NCBI GenBank assembly: GCA_021818995.1 | Contig: JAKASP010000001.1 | Coordinates: forward strand, 289,252-353,251 | Origin: Candidatus Micrarchaeota archaeon | GTDB lineage: Archaea; Micrarchaeota; Micrarchaeia; Micrarchaeales; CABMGC01 | DNA: 64,000 bases | Direction: 5' to 3' | Shown: positions 10,340 to 20,550 of the stretch, piece after piece | Position numbering within the stretch: position 1 is the first letter of the stretch | Layout: each line of letters opens with the position of its first letter | Program-made: the position numbers and the translations under genes | Notes under the pieces: generated by a model | Told to the model about the DNA's origin: nothing | Seen by the model: the letters and a program-made list of their open reading frames with translations, nothing else | The model's database searches: none

Positions 10340-10903
10340 ATGGAGGCCCTCATAATTTCCGGTATGCCGGCAGTGGGGAAGACCACCACTGCGATGGCCG
10401 TCGCCCGCAAGCTCGGGATACAGAGCATAGGCGGCGGAGACGTGCTCAAGGAGATGGCAAGGGAGCGCGGCTACAAGGTCACCGGCGAGGGCTGGTGGGA
10501 CACGCCAGATGGCATAAAGTTTCTGAGGGAAAGAGAGAAGAATTCGGATTTCGACAAGGAGGCTGACAGGAGGATGGTAGCTAAGATAGAAAAGGGGGAC
10601 ATAGCAGTCACGAGCTACACGATGCCGTGGCTCTCGAAGAAGGGCATAAAATGCTGGCTGGAAGCTACGCAGGAGACCAGGGCAAAGAGGATGGCGCTCA
10701 GGGACGGCATGCAGGATTCGAGGGCGCACGAGGTCATCAAGATAAGGGATGTTGAGAACTACGAGCTGTACAAGAAGGTGTACGGCATAGAGCTCGGCAA
10801 GGACCTTAAGCCGTTCAGCATTATAATCAACGTCAACACGATAAGCGCCGACCAGGCGGCCGACGAGATAATCAGGGAGGCGAAGATGCAGGCAAAAGCA
10901 TAG
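10340..10903 (+). CDS. cmk: archaeal cytidylate kinase
   Basis: 187 aa with P-loop GMPAVGKTT, in conserved synteny with L34e and L14e. Confidence 0.8.
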   Translation: MEALIISGMPAVGKTTTAMAVARKLGIQSIGGGDVLKEMARERGYKVTGEGWWDTPDGIKFLREREKNSDFDKEADRRMVAKIEKGDIAVTSYTMPWLSKKGIKCWLEATQETRAKRMALRDGMQDSRAHEVIKIRDVENYELYKKVYGIELGKDLKPFSIIINVNTISADQAADEIIREAKMQAKA

Positions 10904-10911
10904 ATGGTTTT

Positions 10912-11157
10912 ATGGCACTAGTGGAAATAGGAAGAGTGTGTGTGAAGAAGTTCGGGAGGGATGCCGGAAAGAGGGCGGTCATAACAAAGATTGTGGACGC
11001 CAACTTCGTCCAGGTGGTGACATCGGTGAGGCTGAAGGACAGGAGATGCAATGTGAAGCACCTTGAGTTCCTCTCTGAGAAGATTGACGCGGCGAACAAG
11101 GAGCAGCTTGCCAAGGCGCTGGAAATAGAAACGCCTAAGTCTGGTGCGCAGAAATAG
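10912..11157 (+). CDS. rpl14e: 50S ribosomal protein L14e
   Basis: 81 aa with a KOW-like N-terminus, VEIGRVCVKKFGRDAGKRAVI. Confidence 0.85.
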   Translation: MALVEIGRVCVKKFGRDAGKRAVITKIVDANFVQVVTSVRLKDRRCNVKHLEFLSEKIDAANKEQLAKALEIETPKSGAQK

Positions 11158-11634
11158 CTAATTTTTGACAGGAATCATCTTTCCTTGTCTGATCAGCTCC
11201 TTTATCCAAGGGTCAAAACCCCTTTCGCTCGCAGCTAAAAGCCTCCTTCGGTTGTGAGCTTCTTTCTCCAGGTACTTCTGGTATGCCTCGACACTGTCAA
11301 TGACTATCTTCTCTTCCACAAGCTCAGCACCGTCCCTTAGCGACGCCGCCGAATCCATGAGCGCTTCACCAACCATCTCGAGCAAGGCGCCCCCAAAATG
11401 GTCGCCTGTAGCTTTGCCAGCCCATTTCAACGCTTTGCCTCCTGCCTCAGCAAACCCCGCAATGGACTCGCAGTCGTAGGCCTCCACGAACCATTTGTTG
11501 GCTCCGCTATCGACATCCACTATCTCATGGTACCCACGGCTGACCAGTTTCAGCGTATCATCCATATACTTCGCAGTATGCTGCGAGAGCCTCGATATAG
11601 CCATTTTATCCCCATAAAAGAGTACGTTTTCCAC
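11158..11634 (-). CDS. hypothetical protein (158 aa)
   Basis: Clean ORF with no recognised motif. Confidence 0.45.
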   Translation of the reverse strand: MENVLFYGDKMAISRLSQHTAKYMDDTLKLVSRGYHEIVDVDSGANKWFVEAYDCESIAGFAEAGGKALKWAGKATGDHFGGALLEMVGEALMDSAASLRDGAELVEEKIVIDSVEAYQKYLEKEAHNRRRLLAASERGFDPWIKELIRQGKMIPVKN

Positions 11635-11735
11635 ATATAAATAGAATTTTAGTGCATACGTCTATCGTTTAACCAGTGCGGCAGTTAACGAATCCAAACG
11701 AATAAGAAATCATTTTGTGCATGATATGTGAGTGA

Positions 11736-13043
11736 ATGGAGGTAAAAATAGGGGCGAAGGCAAGGAACGTAATCAAGAGAGACAGCAAAGTCATATTCAC
11801 CACAACAAGGGAGGATTTCCTGCTCGTTGCTGACCACGGCAGCGGCGATTTCCTGTACGACATAGAGGGCAACAAGTTCATCGATTTCTCCAGTTTTGTG
11901 AGCTGCTACAACCTCGGGATTAACGGAAATGCGCAGATACGCAGTGCCGCTAAGAAGCAGATCGACAGGCTGATGCACGGCATGTTCATGGACTACTACG
12001 AGGAGCCCCCGGTCAGACTAGCAGAGAAGCTGGTCGGAATGCTCCCACCGGGATTTGGCAGGGTGTTCTTCTCAAACTCAGGAACAGAGGCTAACGAGGA
12101 CGCCATAAAGCTGGCGAAGCTATTCACAAAGAGGCGGCACATTATCGCGTTCTACGGAGCATTCCACGGGAGATCGATGGGATCTCTTAGCCTGACAGCG
12201 TCGAAGACAGCCCACCGCGCGCACTTTGGCCCGTTCGTGAACGTTTCCCATGCGCCGTATCCCGATCCCTACAGGTTCGACGGCGATGCGGAGGAGTGCT
12301 CGCAGGCGAGCATCGATTTCATAGAGAAAAACATACTTGCCAGAGAGGTTCCGCCCGAAGAAGTCGCAGCGATATTCTTCGAGCCTGTGCAGGGAGAAGG
12401 CGGCTACATAGTCCCGCCAAGGGGATTCTTCAAAGAGCTGAGGAAGCTCGCAGACATGCACGGAATGCTGCTTGTGGACGACGAGATACAGGCAGGCTAC
12501 ATGCGAACCGGCAAGTTCCTTGCGCTCAGCAACTTCGGCGCTGTGGCAGATGTGTACACTTTCGCAAAATCATTCGGGGCCGGATTTCCTCTCGCTGCTA
12601 CAGTAGCCAGAAAATCGCTCGGCGATACGCCTGCCGGATCGCACGCTGGCACCTTTGGAGGGAACCTGGTGGCTTCGGCAGCTGCAGCAGCATCCCTCGA
12701 TTACATAAAGCGCAACATGCGTAGCCTGCAGCGCGGCATCTTGAGAAAGGGCAAAACAATAATGAAGAGGATGAACGAACTAAAGGAGACCTACGAATAC
12801 GTAGGCGATGTTCGCGGTATAGGGTTGATGATCGGCGTCGAGTTCGTCAAATCCAAGGACACAAAGGAATACGCGCCGAAAGAGCGCGATAAAGTCATAA
12901 TGAGCTGTTTTGACAAGGGGTTGGTTGTCCTGCCTGCCGGCAGGTCCGCGATTAGGATCATACCGCCGCTGACCGTGTCAGATGACAGCGTCAAAAAGGG
13001 GCTTGACATAATTGAAGAAGCGATCAAGAAAAACTCAAGGTAA
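11736..13043 (+). CDS. class III pyridoxal-phosphate aminotransferase (acetylornithine/4-aminobutyrate aminotransferase-like)
   Basis: 435 aa with SNSGTEANE, DEIQAG and a TFAKSFG PLP-lysine region. Confidence 0.85.
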   Translation: MEVKIGAKARNVIKRDSKVIFTTTREDFLLVADHGSGDFLYDIEGNKFIDFSSFVSCYNLGINGNAQIRSAAKKQIDRLMHGMFMDYYEEPPVRLAEKLVGMLPPGFGRVFFSNSGTEANEDAIKLAKLFTKRRHIIAFYGAFHGRSMGSLSLTASKTAHRAHFGPFVNVSHAPYPDPYRFDGDAEECSQASIDFIEKNILAREVPPEEVAAIFFEPVQGEGGYIVPPRGFFKELRKLADMHGMLLVDDEIQAGYMRTGKFLALSNFGAVADVYTFAKSFGAGFPLAATVARKSLGDTPAGSHAGTFGGNLVASAAAAASLDYIKRNMRSLQRGILRKGKTIMKRMNELKETYEYVGDVRGIGLMIGVEFVKSKDTKEYAPKERDKVIMSCFDKGLVVLPAGRSAIRIIPPLTVSDDSVKKGLDIIEEAIKKNSR

Positions 13044-13518
13044 GCAGAAAGCAAGGACGGTGAACGAAGTCTCTGCGGGAGCAGTGGTTTTCTGCATAGA
13101 GAACAAGGAGATACTTGTGCTGGCACTTGTCCAGAACAACGAAAGGGGCGAAAGCTGGTTCGACATGCCGAAAGGTCACGTCGAAAGGGGCGAGACTATC
13201 CTTGAAGCTGCGCAGCGCGAGATACGCGAGGAGATCGGATTGCAGCTGCACATAGACACCAACTTTGAGGAGGAGAACGCATATTCGTTGGTGGACAGGG
13301 ATGCAAGACACGGACGCAGCATAAAGATCAACAAAAGAGTGGTCTTCTTCCTGGCGTTCATGCAAAGCCGCGACAGAAAACAGATTGTGCTGTCGCCAGA
13401 GCACAAGAGGTACTACTTCATGCCGATTGATGAAGCCGTGGAAAAGGCAAAGTTCGAGAACCAGAGGCAGCTGCTCAAGGACGCAAAGGCTTACATAACG
13501 GAGAAGTATCTCACATGA
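13012..13518 (+). CDS. Nudix hydrolase
   Basis: Nudix box GHVERGETILEAAQREIREEIGL. The start is uncertain: TTG at 13012 overlaps the upstream gene, and an in-frame GTG at 13060 is an alternative. Confidence 0.8.
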   Translation: MKKRSRKTQGKQKARTVNEVSAGAVVFCIENKEILVLALVQNNERGESWFDMPKGHVERGETILEAAQREIREEIGLQLHIDTNFEEENAYSLVDRDARHGRSIKINKRVVFFLAFMQSRDRKQIVLSPEHKRYYFMPIDEAVEKAKFENQRQLLKDAKAYITEKYLT

Positions 13519-16500
13519 AATTGACCAGGTTGAACTGGCCCCTGTTCTCCTCGACATTGAGCTCGAGGCTGCCGAACAGGTTGTCTATCTCCTCCTTTAT
13601 CAGCTGCAGCCTCTGCTTCGTGTAGGTGTCGAGGTTATACCTGTCTGCGAGGTTTATCGAAGTCTTGAGGTACTTCTCGATGCTCCCTTTGGATATAGTG
13701 AGCAGGAGTTTTCCTCCGCAGTTCGGCCTTGTGCACTTCCCGCTCAGCGGCACCCGCCTGTACTTCGCGTTGCAGCTCGCGCATCTGAACTGTTGCCTAG
13801 AGAACGAGTGCAGGTTGCCTATCAGGTCGCGTATGAAGTGGCCGTTTATCAGCCTCCTCGCTGCGTCGCGCTTGTCTATCGATTCGAGCATGTCCATTAT
13901 CCTGAATTCTGCATCTATCTTCTCGTCCATGGTCTTGAGCACAGTGTATATGCTCTTCTTAGGAGAGTTCTTTATCACGTCAACTGACGCTTCGTGTGTG
14001 AAGCCGAGCCCTTCAAAGGCTCGCGGTGTGCGGAGCCTGTTCTCCACCAGCTCTACCTTTGCCTCAGAGGGCGATACGCCAGAAAACGCCTTGCTGTAGA
14101 ACTCTAGACCATATTCCTCTGTAACCTCCATGGCGTGCACCTCATCATCCACTTCTTCCGGCATAACCCTCGTCATCAGCAGCAGCGGCTCATCCATGGT
14201 TCCACCGATGCTTACTGGAAGGTAGTCGCGCGAGAAGTTAACAAGAGCGTCGAGTAAGAGCATGACCGTATCCTCGTCGCCGTCTGCGTTCCTCCTCCTT
14301 GCAGATATCGTGTACGGATGCGCAAAACCAACATTCGCTTCGGTAAACCCGATGAGCCTGTTGAGTATCGAGCATGAGGTGTGCGGCGACAGCGTGAGCA
14401 CCAGCTGACCCACCAAGTCCTGCGGACTGTTCGCGTTGTAGAACGCGTCCATGCCGTAAAGGCGGCGCAGCATCTCGTCGACGAACTTGGATATGCTGAG
14501 CAGGTAATCTGCGCCCTTCTTGTTTATGATGACATCCTGGTGCTTGAGCTCCAGAAGCTGGTCGTCGCTCTTCAGCTCGTTCCCCCTGTAGTCCCTGTCA
14601 TACCCCATACCAATGAGTTTCTCGACGCTTACGCCTATCTCTCTGGGATAAAAGTGGGTTATCGGCATGTCCGTTGCGTCAAACCTTGCTGTGCCGTCCT
14701 TGAAGATGAAGACGTTGAACATCGCGCGCAGTATCCCCTTCTCTATAGGCTCAGCGATCTTGTTCTTGTTCATCAGCCCCTTGACCCCCTTTATCGTCTT
14801 CGGCATCTTCGGCGAGCCGAGTCTTGTCATGGATCCAGAGACCATCTTTGAGATGTCAACGCTTCGCTGTTCATACGCTTGCGTATCGCTGCCGCACCTC
14901 ACGCACTTCTCACCCTCCTGTCTAGTTCCGCACTTCGGGCACACATACTCTATGCCAGCACGCTTGTTGCAGTTGTAGCAGTATGACGAGTCTAGTCTGC
15001 TTCCGCACGACTTGCAAACATATCTGGCAAGGTCAACGCGCGCCCCTTGACCTCCGAATCTCTTCGACTCTGAGGCAAAAGCATTCGCTATGTTTCTCTC
15101 CTTTCCTCCTACATACCCGACAGGGAACAGTACGTTAGGCGCAGGCACCATGAGCCTCTCTCCCGCCTTCTCGGGTCTTCCAATCCTGGCACCTATGAAG
15201 GTAGACCTCTTCATCAGCTTCACAAGCGAAAGCGAGTTCACCAGAGCTAGCGCGCCTTCCTGTTTCTTCTCGTACCTGTCTGCGACATCGGCGTTTATGC
15301 GGCCGTCTCTGTCCTGCACAAGGCCAAGAGACACGAGCAGGCTCTGAGCATAATCCTTTGCTATCTTGATGCTTTCCTTTTCAGGGATTGCGGGCACCAT
15401 CAACTTCTCAAGCGTCTTGTTCAGTTCCTCGTTTCCTGCAGCATCGTTCAACCGAAGACCGTCAACTTCGTGCAAATATTTCCTCTCTCCTACACTCTTC
15501 GCGATTGTCTGCACGAGGAACTTGAGCTGCTCCTCGCTTATCGCCTGGAACTCGAAGAGGAACTTCGGATGCAGCGGCACACCGTACTTAAGAGAGGCTT
15601 CGAAAGCGTCTTCAAAGGTTTCAACCTTCGCTGCCGCTTCTGTTCCGCCAGCAGCCTTAAGTTCCGCGCCCCATAGCTCCTCCACGTAGCTGCTCGGCTG
15701 GAGCGGCGTGTTAGTCTTTTTGAAGTCGCCGTAGGTAACGAGTATGTCTCCGAGCGAGATTATCTTCACAATATCTTTCCTGACCTGCGCGGCAGTCGAA
15801 GCATCGTTTATACGCAGTGTCTCCCCAGACCTGAGCTTTACAAACGGGCCCTCTATGGAGTCAACCGGCGCCGCGACGCATCCCTTGCCCGGCAGCTCTA
15901 TCATGAGCTGGGTCCCTATGCTTATGAAATCGTCAAGAACTATCATTGTTGCAGGGCTGAAGCCCTTTGCTGCTATTCCTGTCATCCTGCTCCTTCCATA
16001 CCTGAGCCTGAAGCCCCCGAAGTGCTTCGGGTATGCAAGTACAGGTCTGCCCGCAACGAGCTTCTCCAGGAATACCGCTGTCTCTGTCTTCGCCCCTTCC
16101 TCGCTCTTCTTCATCTTGTCTATGGTGATTATGCTGTCGAGCCAGCTCCAGTCCAGCCCCGCTTTCTTCACCTCCCTTGAAACGCTCTTCGCCTTCTGCG
16201 CTATGCTGCTCACTACAAGCGGCACGCCACCGCGTATCCTGTTCGTTATCGCGACATCCTTGCCCCCAAAGCCCTTCCTCGACATGTTCGAGTGCACGCT
16301 TATCTCCATGTCCTCTGTAGGGACACCCTCCACGCAAACCGGGCAGTTGCCCACTATGGTGCGTATCTGGTCCGGGCTCGGCTTGTACTGAAGCGGAACC
16401 ACGCGCTCGTGGTATATCTCCACCTCTTCCACGTATCTCTCGACCTCGTCCTTAGTGGCCTTGTAGTCTCCTATGTTGAAGAATTTCCTTGCGTAGTCTG

Positions 16501-16966
16501 CGAAAGCAATCGACATCGCGACCGAAGTGCCGCCTGCGCTTCTTATCGGGCCCGCATAGAACACCGCTATGTAGTCGGAGTTATCAGGATTCCTGTAGCG
16601 GGACACGTACTGCACGCCTTCGGTAGGGGCCACAAGGACGCCATCTGTCATGAGCGCGAGCGCCACCCTGACAGCAAGCTCTATCCTCTTTATCACCTCA
16701 TATCCTGCAAACTCATCGCTCGTGCATATCTCCTTTATTATGGCAAATATCAGCTCGCTCCTTGTCCTTCCGCTCTGGTTCCTGGATATGAGAGCGCCGA
16801 TCCCCTGAACGCCGATCAGCCCTTCGACCCTTCCTGCTATATCTGGCGCTACCTTTATCTCAACGTGCGGTTTAGGGTCGAAGCCCACTTCCTTGGCCTT
16901 GCTCGCCACCCCGTACGCTATCTCGAACTCCTTTTCCAGCGTTTCAAAGTATTCCTCGACCTTCAT
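13511..16966 (-). CDS. DNA polymerase II (PolD) large subunit DP2
   Basis: 1151 aa with multiple Cys4 zinc-finger clusters and the typical DP2 length. It lies immediately downstream of DP1. No intein is evident. Confidence 0.95.
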   Translation of the reverse strand: MKVEEYFETLEKEFEIAYGVASKAKEVGFDPKPHVEIKVAPDIAGRVEGLIGVQGIGALISRNQSGRTRSELIFAIIKEICTSDEFAGYEVIKRIELAVRVALALMTDGVLVAPTEGVQYVSRYRNPDNSDYIAVFYAGPIRSAGGTSVAMSIAFADYARKFFNIGDYKATKDEVERYVEEVEIYHERVVPLQYKPSPDQIRTIVGNCPVCVEGVPTEDMEISVHSNMSRKGFGGKDVAITNRIRGGVPLVVSSIAQKAKSVSREVKKAGLDWSWLDSIITIDKMKKSEEGAKTETAVFLEKLVAGRPVLAYPKHFGGFRLRYGRSRMTGIAAKGFSPATMIVLDDFISIGTQLMIELPGKGCVAAPVDSIEGPFVKLRSGETLRINDASTAAQVRKDIVKIISLGDILVTYGDFKKTNTPLQPSSYVEELWGAELKAAGGTEAAAKVETFEDAFEASLKYGVPLHPKFLFEFQAISEEQLKFLVQTIAKSVGERKYLHEVDGLRLNDAAGNEELNKTLEKLMVPAIPEKESIKIAKDYAQSLLVSLGLVQDRDGRINADVADRYEKKQEGALALVNSLSLVKLMKRSTFIGARIGRPEKAGERLMVPAPNVLFPVGYVGGKERNIANAFASESKRFGGQGARVDLARYVCKSCGSRLDSSYCYNCNKRAGIEYVCPKCGTRQEGEKCVRCGSDTQAYEQRSVDISKMVSGSMTRLGSPKMPKTIKGVKGLMNKNKIAEPIEKGILRAMFNVFIFKDGTARFDATDMPITHFYPREIGVSVEKLIGMGYDRDYRGNELKSDDQLLELKHQDVIINKKGADYLLSISKFVDEMLRRLYGMDAFYNANSPQDLVGQLVLTLSPHTSCSILNRLIGFTEANVGFAHPYTISARRRNADGDEDTVMLLLDALVNFSRDYLPVSIGGTMDEPLLLMTRVMPEEVDDEVHAMEVTEEYGLEFYSKAFSGVSPSEAKVELVENRLRTPRAFEGLGFTHEASVDVIKNSPKKSIYTVLKTMDEKIDAEFRIMDMLESIDKRDAARRLINGHFIRDLIGNLHSFSRQQFRCASCNAKYRRVPLSGKCTRPNCGGKLLLTISKGSIEKYLKTSINLADRYNLDTYTKQRLQLIKEEIDNLFGSLELNVEENRGQFNLVNFM

Positions 16967-16973
16967 TAAACCA

Positions 16974-18524
16974 CTAAAGCCCGTTGAAGTCCATGACGTC
17001 TATCTTGCCGCTCTGCGCCTCGTACACAGGCAGCAGGCACGGCGAGGGCACGTGGCCCTGTTTGATCTGGTAGCCTGTCCTGCCCTGCCATGTGCCGCTG
17101 TTGATCAGGAGGGTTCCATGGTACGCATCGTACCCGTTCTTGTGTATGTGGCCCATGTGCAGTATGTCCGGCACCTCGTTTATCACCAGTGCGTCGTTCT
17201 TGCTAGGCACCACGATATTGCCGCCATATATCGGTGAGAGGTGGCGCCTCTTGAGTATCTCCTTCATCGCATCTGTCGGCGTGCCATATGTGCAGCCTGG
17301 CACGCTCCTTATGACCGAATCGAGGGAAGTTCCATGGTATGCAAGTATCTTCACTCCGTGCAGGTTGAGGTAGCAAGGGTTGGTCATCATGTGTACATTG
17401 TCGCGCTTGAAGTCCTTGAGGAAACCGTTTCCTACCTTCGGCTGCGGCTCAGCCCGCTGAACCGCATCATGATTGCCCGGTATGATGAATACCTCGATGT
17501 AGTCAGGTATGCTCTCCATGAAGTCGAAGAATACCGAATATTGCTTGTATATGTCATCGATCGCAAGCTCCTTGTCCTGCTCCGGGTATATGCCTATGCC
17601 GTCGACGAGATCCCCGGCGACGACCATGTACTTTATCTTGGCGGCAAGGTCCTTCCTGTTGTCCACCCCACCGTTTATCCACTCAAGGAACTTGCCGAAC
17701 TGCTTCTCCATGAAGAGCTTGTGGCCAACGTGCACATCCGAAACCAGTGCTATGGCAACATCTTCCTCGACCTTTGCCTGCTGGTGCAGCGGTATGTCTG
17801 GCCATAGCAGGCGGCTCGCGATGATGAAAGAGTTCCACATTTTGCCCTTTACGGCTATCACATCGTCCTTCATCAGTTTCGATGCCGAATCTAAGAGCTC
17901 GTTCTGCTCATCCTTCACCTTCCTGGAGGGCTTCATGAAGAGAACCTTCGTGGTGCCGCTCTCGTCCTCCAAGGTTATCATCACGTTTCCCTTGGCAGTG
18001 ACTATCTTGTCATAGACCATGCCTACCGCAGCGATCTCCCTGCCGTCCATGTATTGCTTTATGTTCTCTATGCTTCCTACCACTCCTGTGAATCCGTTGC
18101 CGTAAGATCTGAGTATCTCCCTCTGCCTCGCGAACCTGTCCTGGAAGTAATCCACGAAATCGCTTACGCTTGAAGACGTGCGCTCTACTTTTACGTCCCT
18201 CGCCCTGAACTCAGGCTCTATGTCCTTCGCGGCTGGCCTGAAGCCTTCGGACCTTATGACCTCTATCTGCACCGGTTCCTTCTTGACTGTCATGCCTGCC
18301 AGTATCTCTGCGAGCTCCTTCTTCCCGAGAACCTTTCCGTCCAAGTTCTGGTAACGTTCGGTAACGTTCGCCACAAGAGACTCGAGGTCTACGTTCTCCA
18401 GATCCGTGTCTGTTATGTCTGAGCTAATGATCGCCTTGCCGCTGAGCCGCGATACGAATTCGAGCAGAGTGCCTTTTCCCACGCAAGAAACCCCAAAAAC
18501 AGTTAGCCCTACTCTCATTTGCAT
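16974..18524 (-). CDS. DNA polymerase II (PolD) small subunit DP1
   Basis: 516 aa with calcineurin-like phosphoesterase motifs (VSDVHVGH, GDLVDG, GNHD) and an OB-fold region. It is paired with DP2. Confidence 0.9.
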   Translation of the reverse strand: MQMRVGLTVFGVSCVGKGTLLEFVSRLSGKAIISSDITDTDLENVDLESLVANVTERYQNLDGKVLGKKELAEILAGMTVKKEPVQIEVIRSEGFRPAAKDIEPEFRARDVKVERTSSSVSDFVDYFQDRFARQREILRSYGNGFTGVVGSIENIKQYMDGREIAAVGMVYDKIVTAKGNVMITLEDESGTTKVLFMKPSRKVKDEQNELLDSASKLMKDDVIAVKGKMWNSFIIASRLLWPDIPLHQQAKVEEDVAIALVSDVHVGHKLFMEKQFGKFLEWINGGVDNRKDLAAKIKYMVVAGDLVDGIGIYPEQDKELAIDDIYKQYSVFFDFMESIPDYIEVFIIPGNHDAVQRAEPQPKVGNGFLKDFKRDNVHMMTNPCYLNLHGVKILAYHGTSLDSVIRSVPGCTYGTPTDAMKEILKRRHLSPIYGGNIVVPSKNDALVINEVPDILHMGHIHKNGYDAYHGTLLINSGTWQGRTGYQIKQGHVPSPCLLPVYEAQSGKIDVMDFNGL

Positions 18525-18595
18525 AAATCTTATTTAAAGCTTTATGCGGAAAGCGGTGCTAACGCATATACGAAAATGAAAATTAGTTCAAGGAA

Positions 18596-18865
18596 CTAGT
18601 CTTTTACAGATTCCAGCATGCTCAGTATGTTCCAGATCACGGTCCTGGCATAAGGCGGCAGGTTGATGTCGTTGCTTACCTCGTCTATCTTGTATGTGGC
18701 TGTAGAGGACTTCACCGAGTAGTTTCCTTCGCCCTGCGACAACGCCTTCTTCGCCTCCTCGAGGGCCGCCTTCACGTTCCTCGGCACGCTGTTGTCGTTC
18801 AGCAGAATATCTATCTGCTGCTTCACCTGCGTTATCGTCTCATCGTGCTTCTTGTCGTCCTTCAT
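18596..18865 (-). CDS. UPF0147 family protein
   Basis: 89 aa helical protein with the NVKAALEEAKKAL...LPPYARTVIWNILSMLE pattern typical of archaeal UPF0147. Confidence 0.7.
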   Translation of the reverse strand: MKDDKKHDETITQVKQQIDILLNDNSVPRNVKAALEEAKKALSQGEGNYSVKSSTATYKIDEVSNDINLPPYARTVIWNILSMLESVKD

Positions 18866-18877
18866 CTAATCACCAAC

Positions 18878-18967
18878 GGGCCCGGCGGGATTTGAACCCG
18901 CGACCTTCAGCTTGCTTTGCGTTCAGCATAGAAGGCTGTTGCTCTATCCAAGCTGAGCTACGAGCCC
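18878..18967 (-). tRNA. tRNA-Arg(UCU) with a ~16-nt intron in or next to the anticodon loop
   Basis: The reverse complement folds by eye. Acceptor stem GGGCTCG/CGGGCCC; D arm GCTC-AGCTTGGATA-GAGC; anticodon loop CTTCTA|intron|A; T arm GCGGG-TTCAAAT-CCCGC. A GCTGA duplication flanks the insert. CCA is not encoded. Confidence 0.85.
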
Positions 18968-18974
18968 AGGATAG

Positions 18975-19745
18975 TCATATGTAAAACAGCCTTCTTATGT
19001 TTTCTGTTGTTTTTGCCGCGACTTCTTCAAGCGAAACGCCCTTGATTTTGGCGATCGTTTCGCAAACCCCTATCACGTCTGCGGGTGTTTCCCCAACAAT
19101 GGGTGAATCTGTTTCCACGACAATCTTACTTAGGCTGACCTCCTTTATAATCCTTTTCCTCTTTCCTGTCATGGCCGGCGGTATCGAGATAAAATAGCCC
19201 TTTTCCGCGAGCTCCATGGCCTGCGCCTCGTCGCCTTCAAAGAAATGGAACAGCGCCTTCTTGACCTGCGTTTCTGCCAAGATCTTCTTCACATCCTCAA
19301 GCGCCCCTCTCGAATGTATGACTATTGGCATGTCAAGCGCCTTCGCAATCTGCGCCTGCTTCGAGAAAAGCTCCTTCTGCAGCGCAATGGCGTTCTTGTC
19401 TGACACTTTCGTGTCTATCCCTATCTCGCCTATGCCAACAATCTTCATGCTGTTCCTTATCAGGCCCTCGATCTCCACTACGTATCCAGCATCCGATGTG
19501 GCAAAATCGGGCCCGATGCCAATGACAGTAAAGACATTCTCCTTCTCTGCAATTCTGACGCACTCAAAATTGTCCTTCGCGCTCCCTCCAGCTGTGATTA
19601 TCGTGCCCACCCCTTTCTCCCTTGCTTTTTTTACTGTTTCGGAAGGGTCGTTGAACAGGTTCAGGTGGCAATGAGCGTCAGAAAATTCGCCTAGGCTGTG
19701 CACCTGCGTCTTTTCAACTGACATCATCTGGCTGTACTGAGTCAT
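18975..19745 (-). CDS. tatD: TatD family metal-dependent hydrolase
   Basis: 256 aa with the AHCHLN histidine motif and TIM-barrel hydrolase pattern (HSRGA, ETDSP). Confidence 0.85.
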   Translation of the reverse strand: MTQYSQMMSVEKTQVHSLGEFSDAHCHLNLFNDPSETVKKAREKGVGTIITAGGSAKDNFECVRIAEKENVFTVIGIGPDFATSDAGYVVEIEGLIRNSMKIVGIGEIGIDTKVSDKNAIALQKELFSKQAQIAKALDMPIVIHSRGALEDVKKILAETQVKKALFHFFEGDEAQAMELAEKGYFISIPPAMTGKRKRIIKEVSLSKIVVETDSPIVGETPADVIGVCETIAKIKGVSLEEVAAKTTENIRRLFYI

Positions 19746-19802
19746 GCTCCCTATTTAGATACAAAAACTAGCTATTTATGAGTTCTGTAGGCCGTGGAAG
19801 CG

Positions 19803-20504
19803 TTAGGAACGGACGACCGCAACCGCCATGTCCCTGTACGCGTGCTCCATTGTCTGCGTCCTGAGTTTTTGCTCATGTCTTAGTCTTTTCGCGATTGCAA
19901 TCTGTTGGGCAAGGAGTTCGTCACCCATTGGGTTCATCCTGATTTTGCCTTTAAGATGTGAGTACAGCTCCACCATCTGCTTCTTCTCCTTCTGCCATCT
20001 CTCATCAGGGTCCTTTATGCCATTTCTTACGCGCCAAACCTCACCCCCATCGCCGTCAAGCCCCTCTATTATTTTGCCGTAAAGCATTTCCTTTGGGGCC
20101 GTGGTTATGAAAATGTGATAGAAAGCGCCGCCATCCATGCACCATACTCTGGTGAAGCCCCCTATCTTCGCTACATCGTGGCTCTGTACCTTGCCATCTA
20201 AGTCCTCCTCAAGATAGTGCGGGTTGAACACAACCATCTTGCCTCCGACGGTCATCTGCGGCACGATGAAGTCCGGTTCATGAAGCGCGCGTTCCCCTAC
20301 TGGAAATACGTATGGTTGGTAGTATGCGGTCACGCCTTCGTCAAGTAGCATCTCCTTCATTATGTCTTCGTGCATCCCCTTTATTTCGGTCTTCTGCGTC
20401 AGCAAAGATTTCTGAAGTCCGCGCTTTGCATCAGCCACATCCTCTGCAAAGGCTTCCCTAGAAACCCGTCCCTCAACAAGTTTCTGCATTTCGTGCCGCT
20501 GCAA
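19803..20504 (-). CDS. hypothetical protein (233 aa)
   Basis: Clean ORF. It contains an EPDFIVP segment, but I could not find a complete nuclease motif set. Confidence 0.45.
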   Translation of the reverse strand: MQRHEMQKLVEGRVSREAFAEDVADAKRGLQKSLLTQKTEIKGMHEDIMKEMLLDEGVTAYYQPYVFPVGERALHEPDFIVPQMTVGGKMVVFNPHYLEEDLDGKVQSHDVAKIGGFTRVWCMDGGAFYHIFITTAPKEMLYGKIIEGLDGDGGEVWRVRNGIKDPDERWQKEKKQMVELYSHLKGKIRMNPMGDELLAQQIAIAKRLRHEQKLRTQTMEHAYRDMAVAVVRS

Positions 20505-20550
20505 GCTCTCCCCAAATGCAGGGGCATCTCAATACCTTTTTATATATGTT

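Noticed and set aside
18351-18370. Perfect 10-nt tandem duplication, gtaacgttcg gtaacgttcg.
   Set aside because: It lies inside the DP1 coding frame (..ANVTERYQ..), has only two copies, and its period is not a multiple of 3. It is most likely a chance or slippage remnant, not a CRISPR or regulatory repeat.
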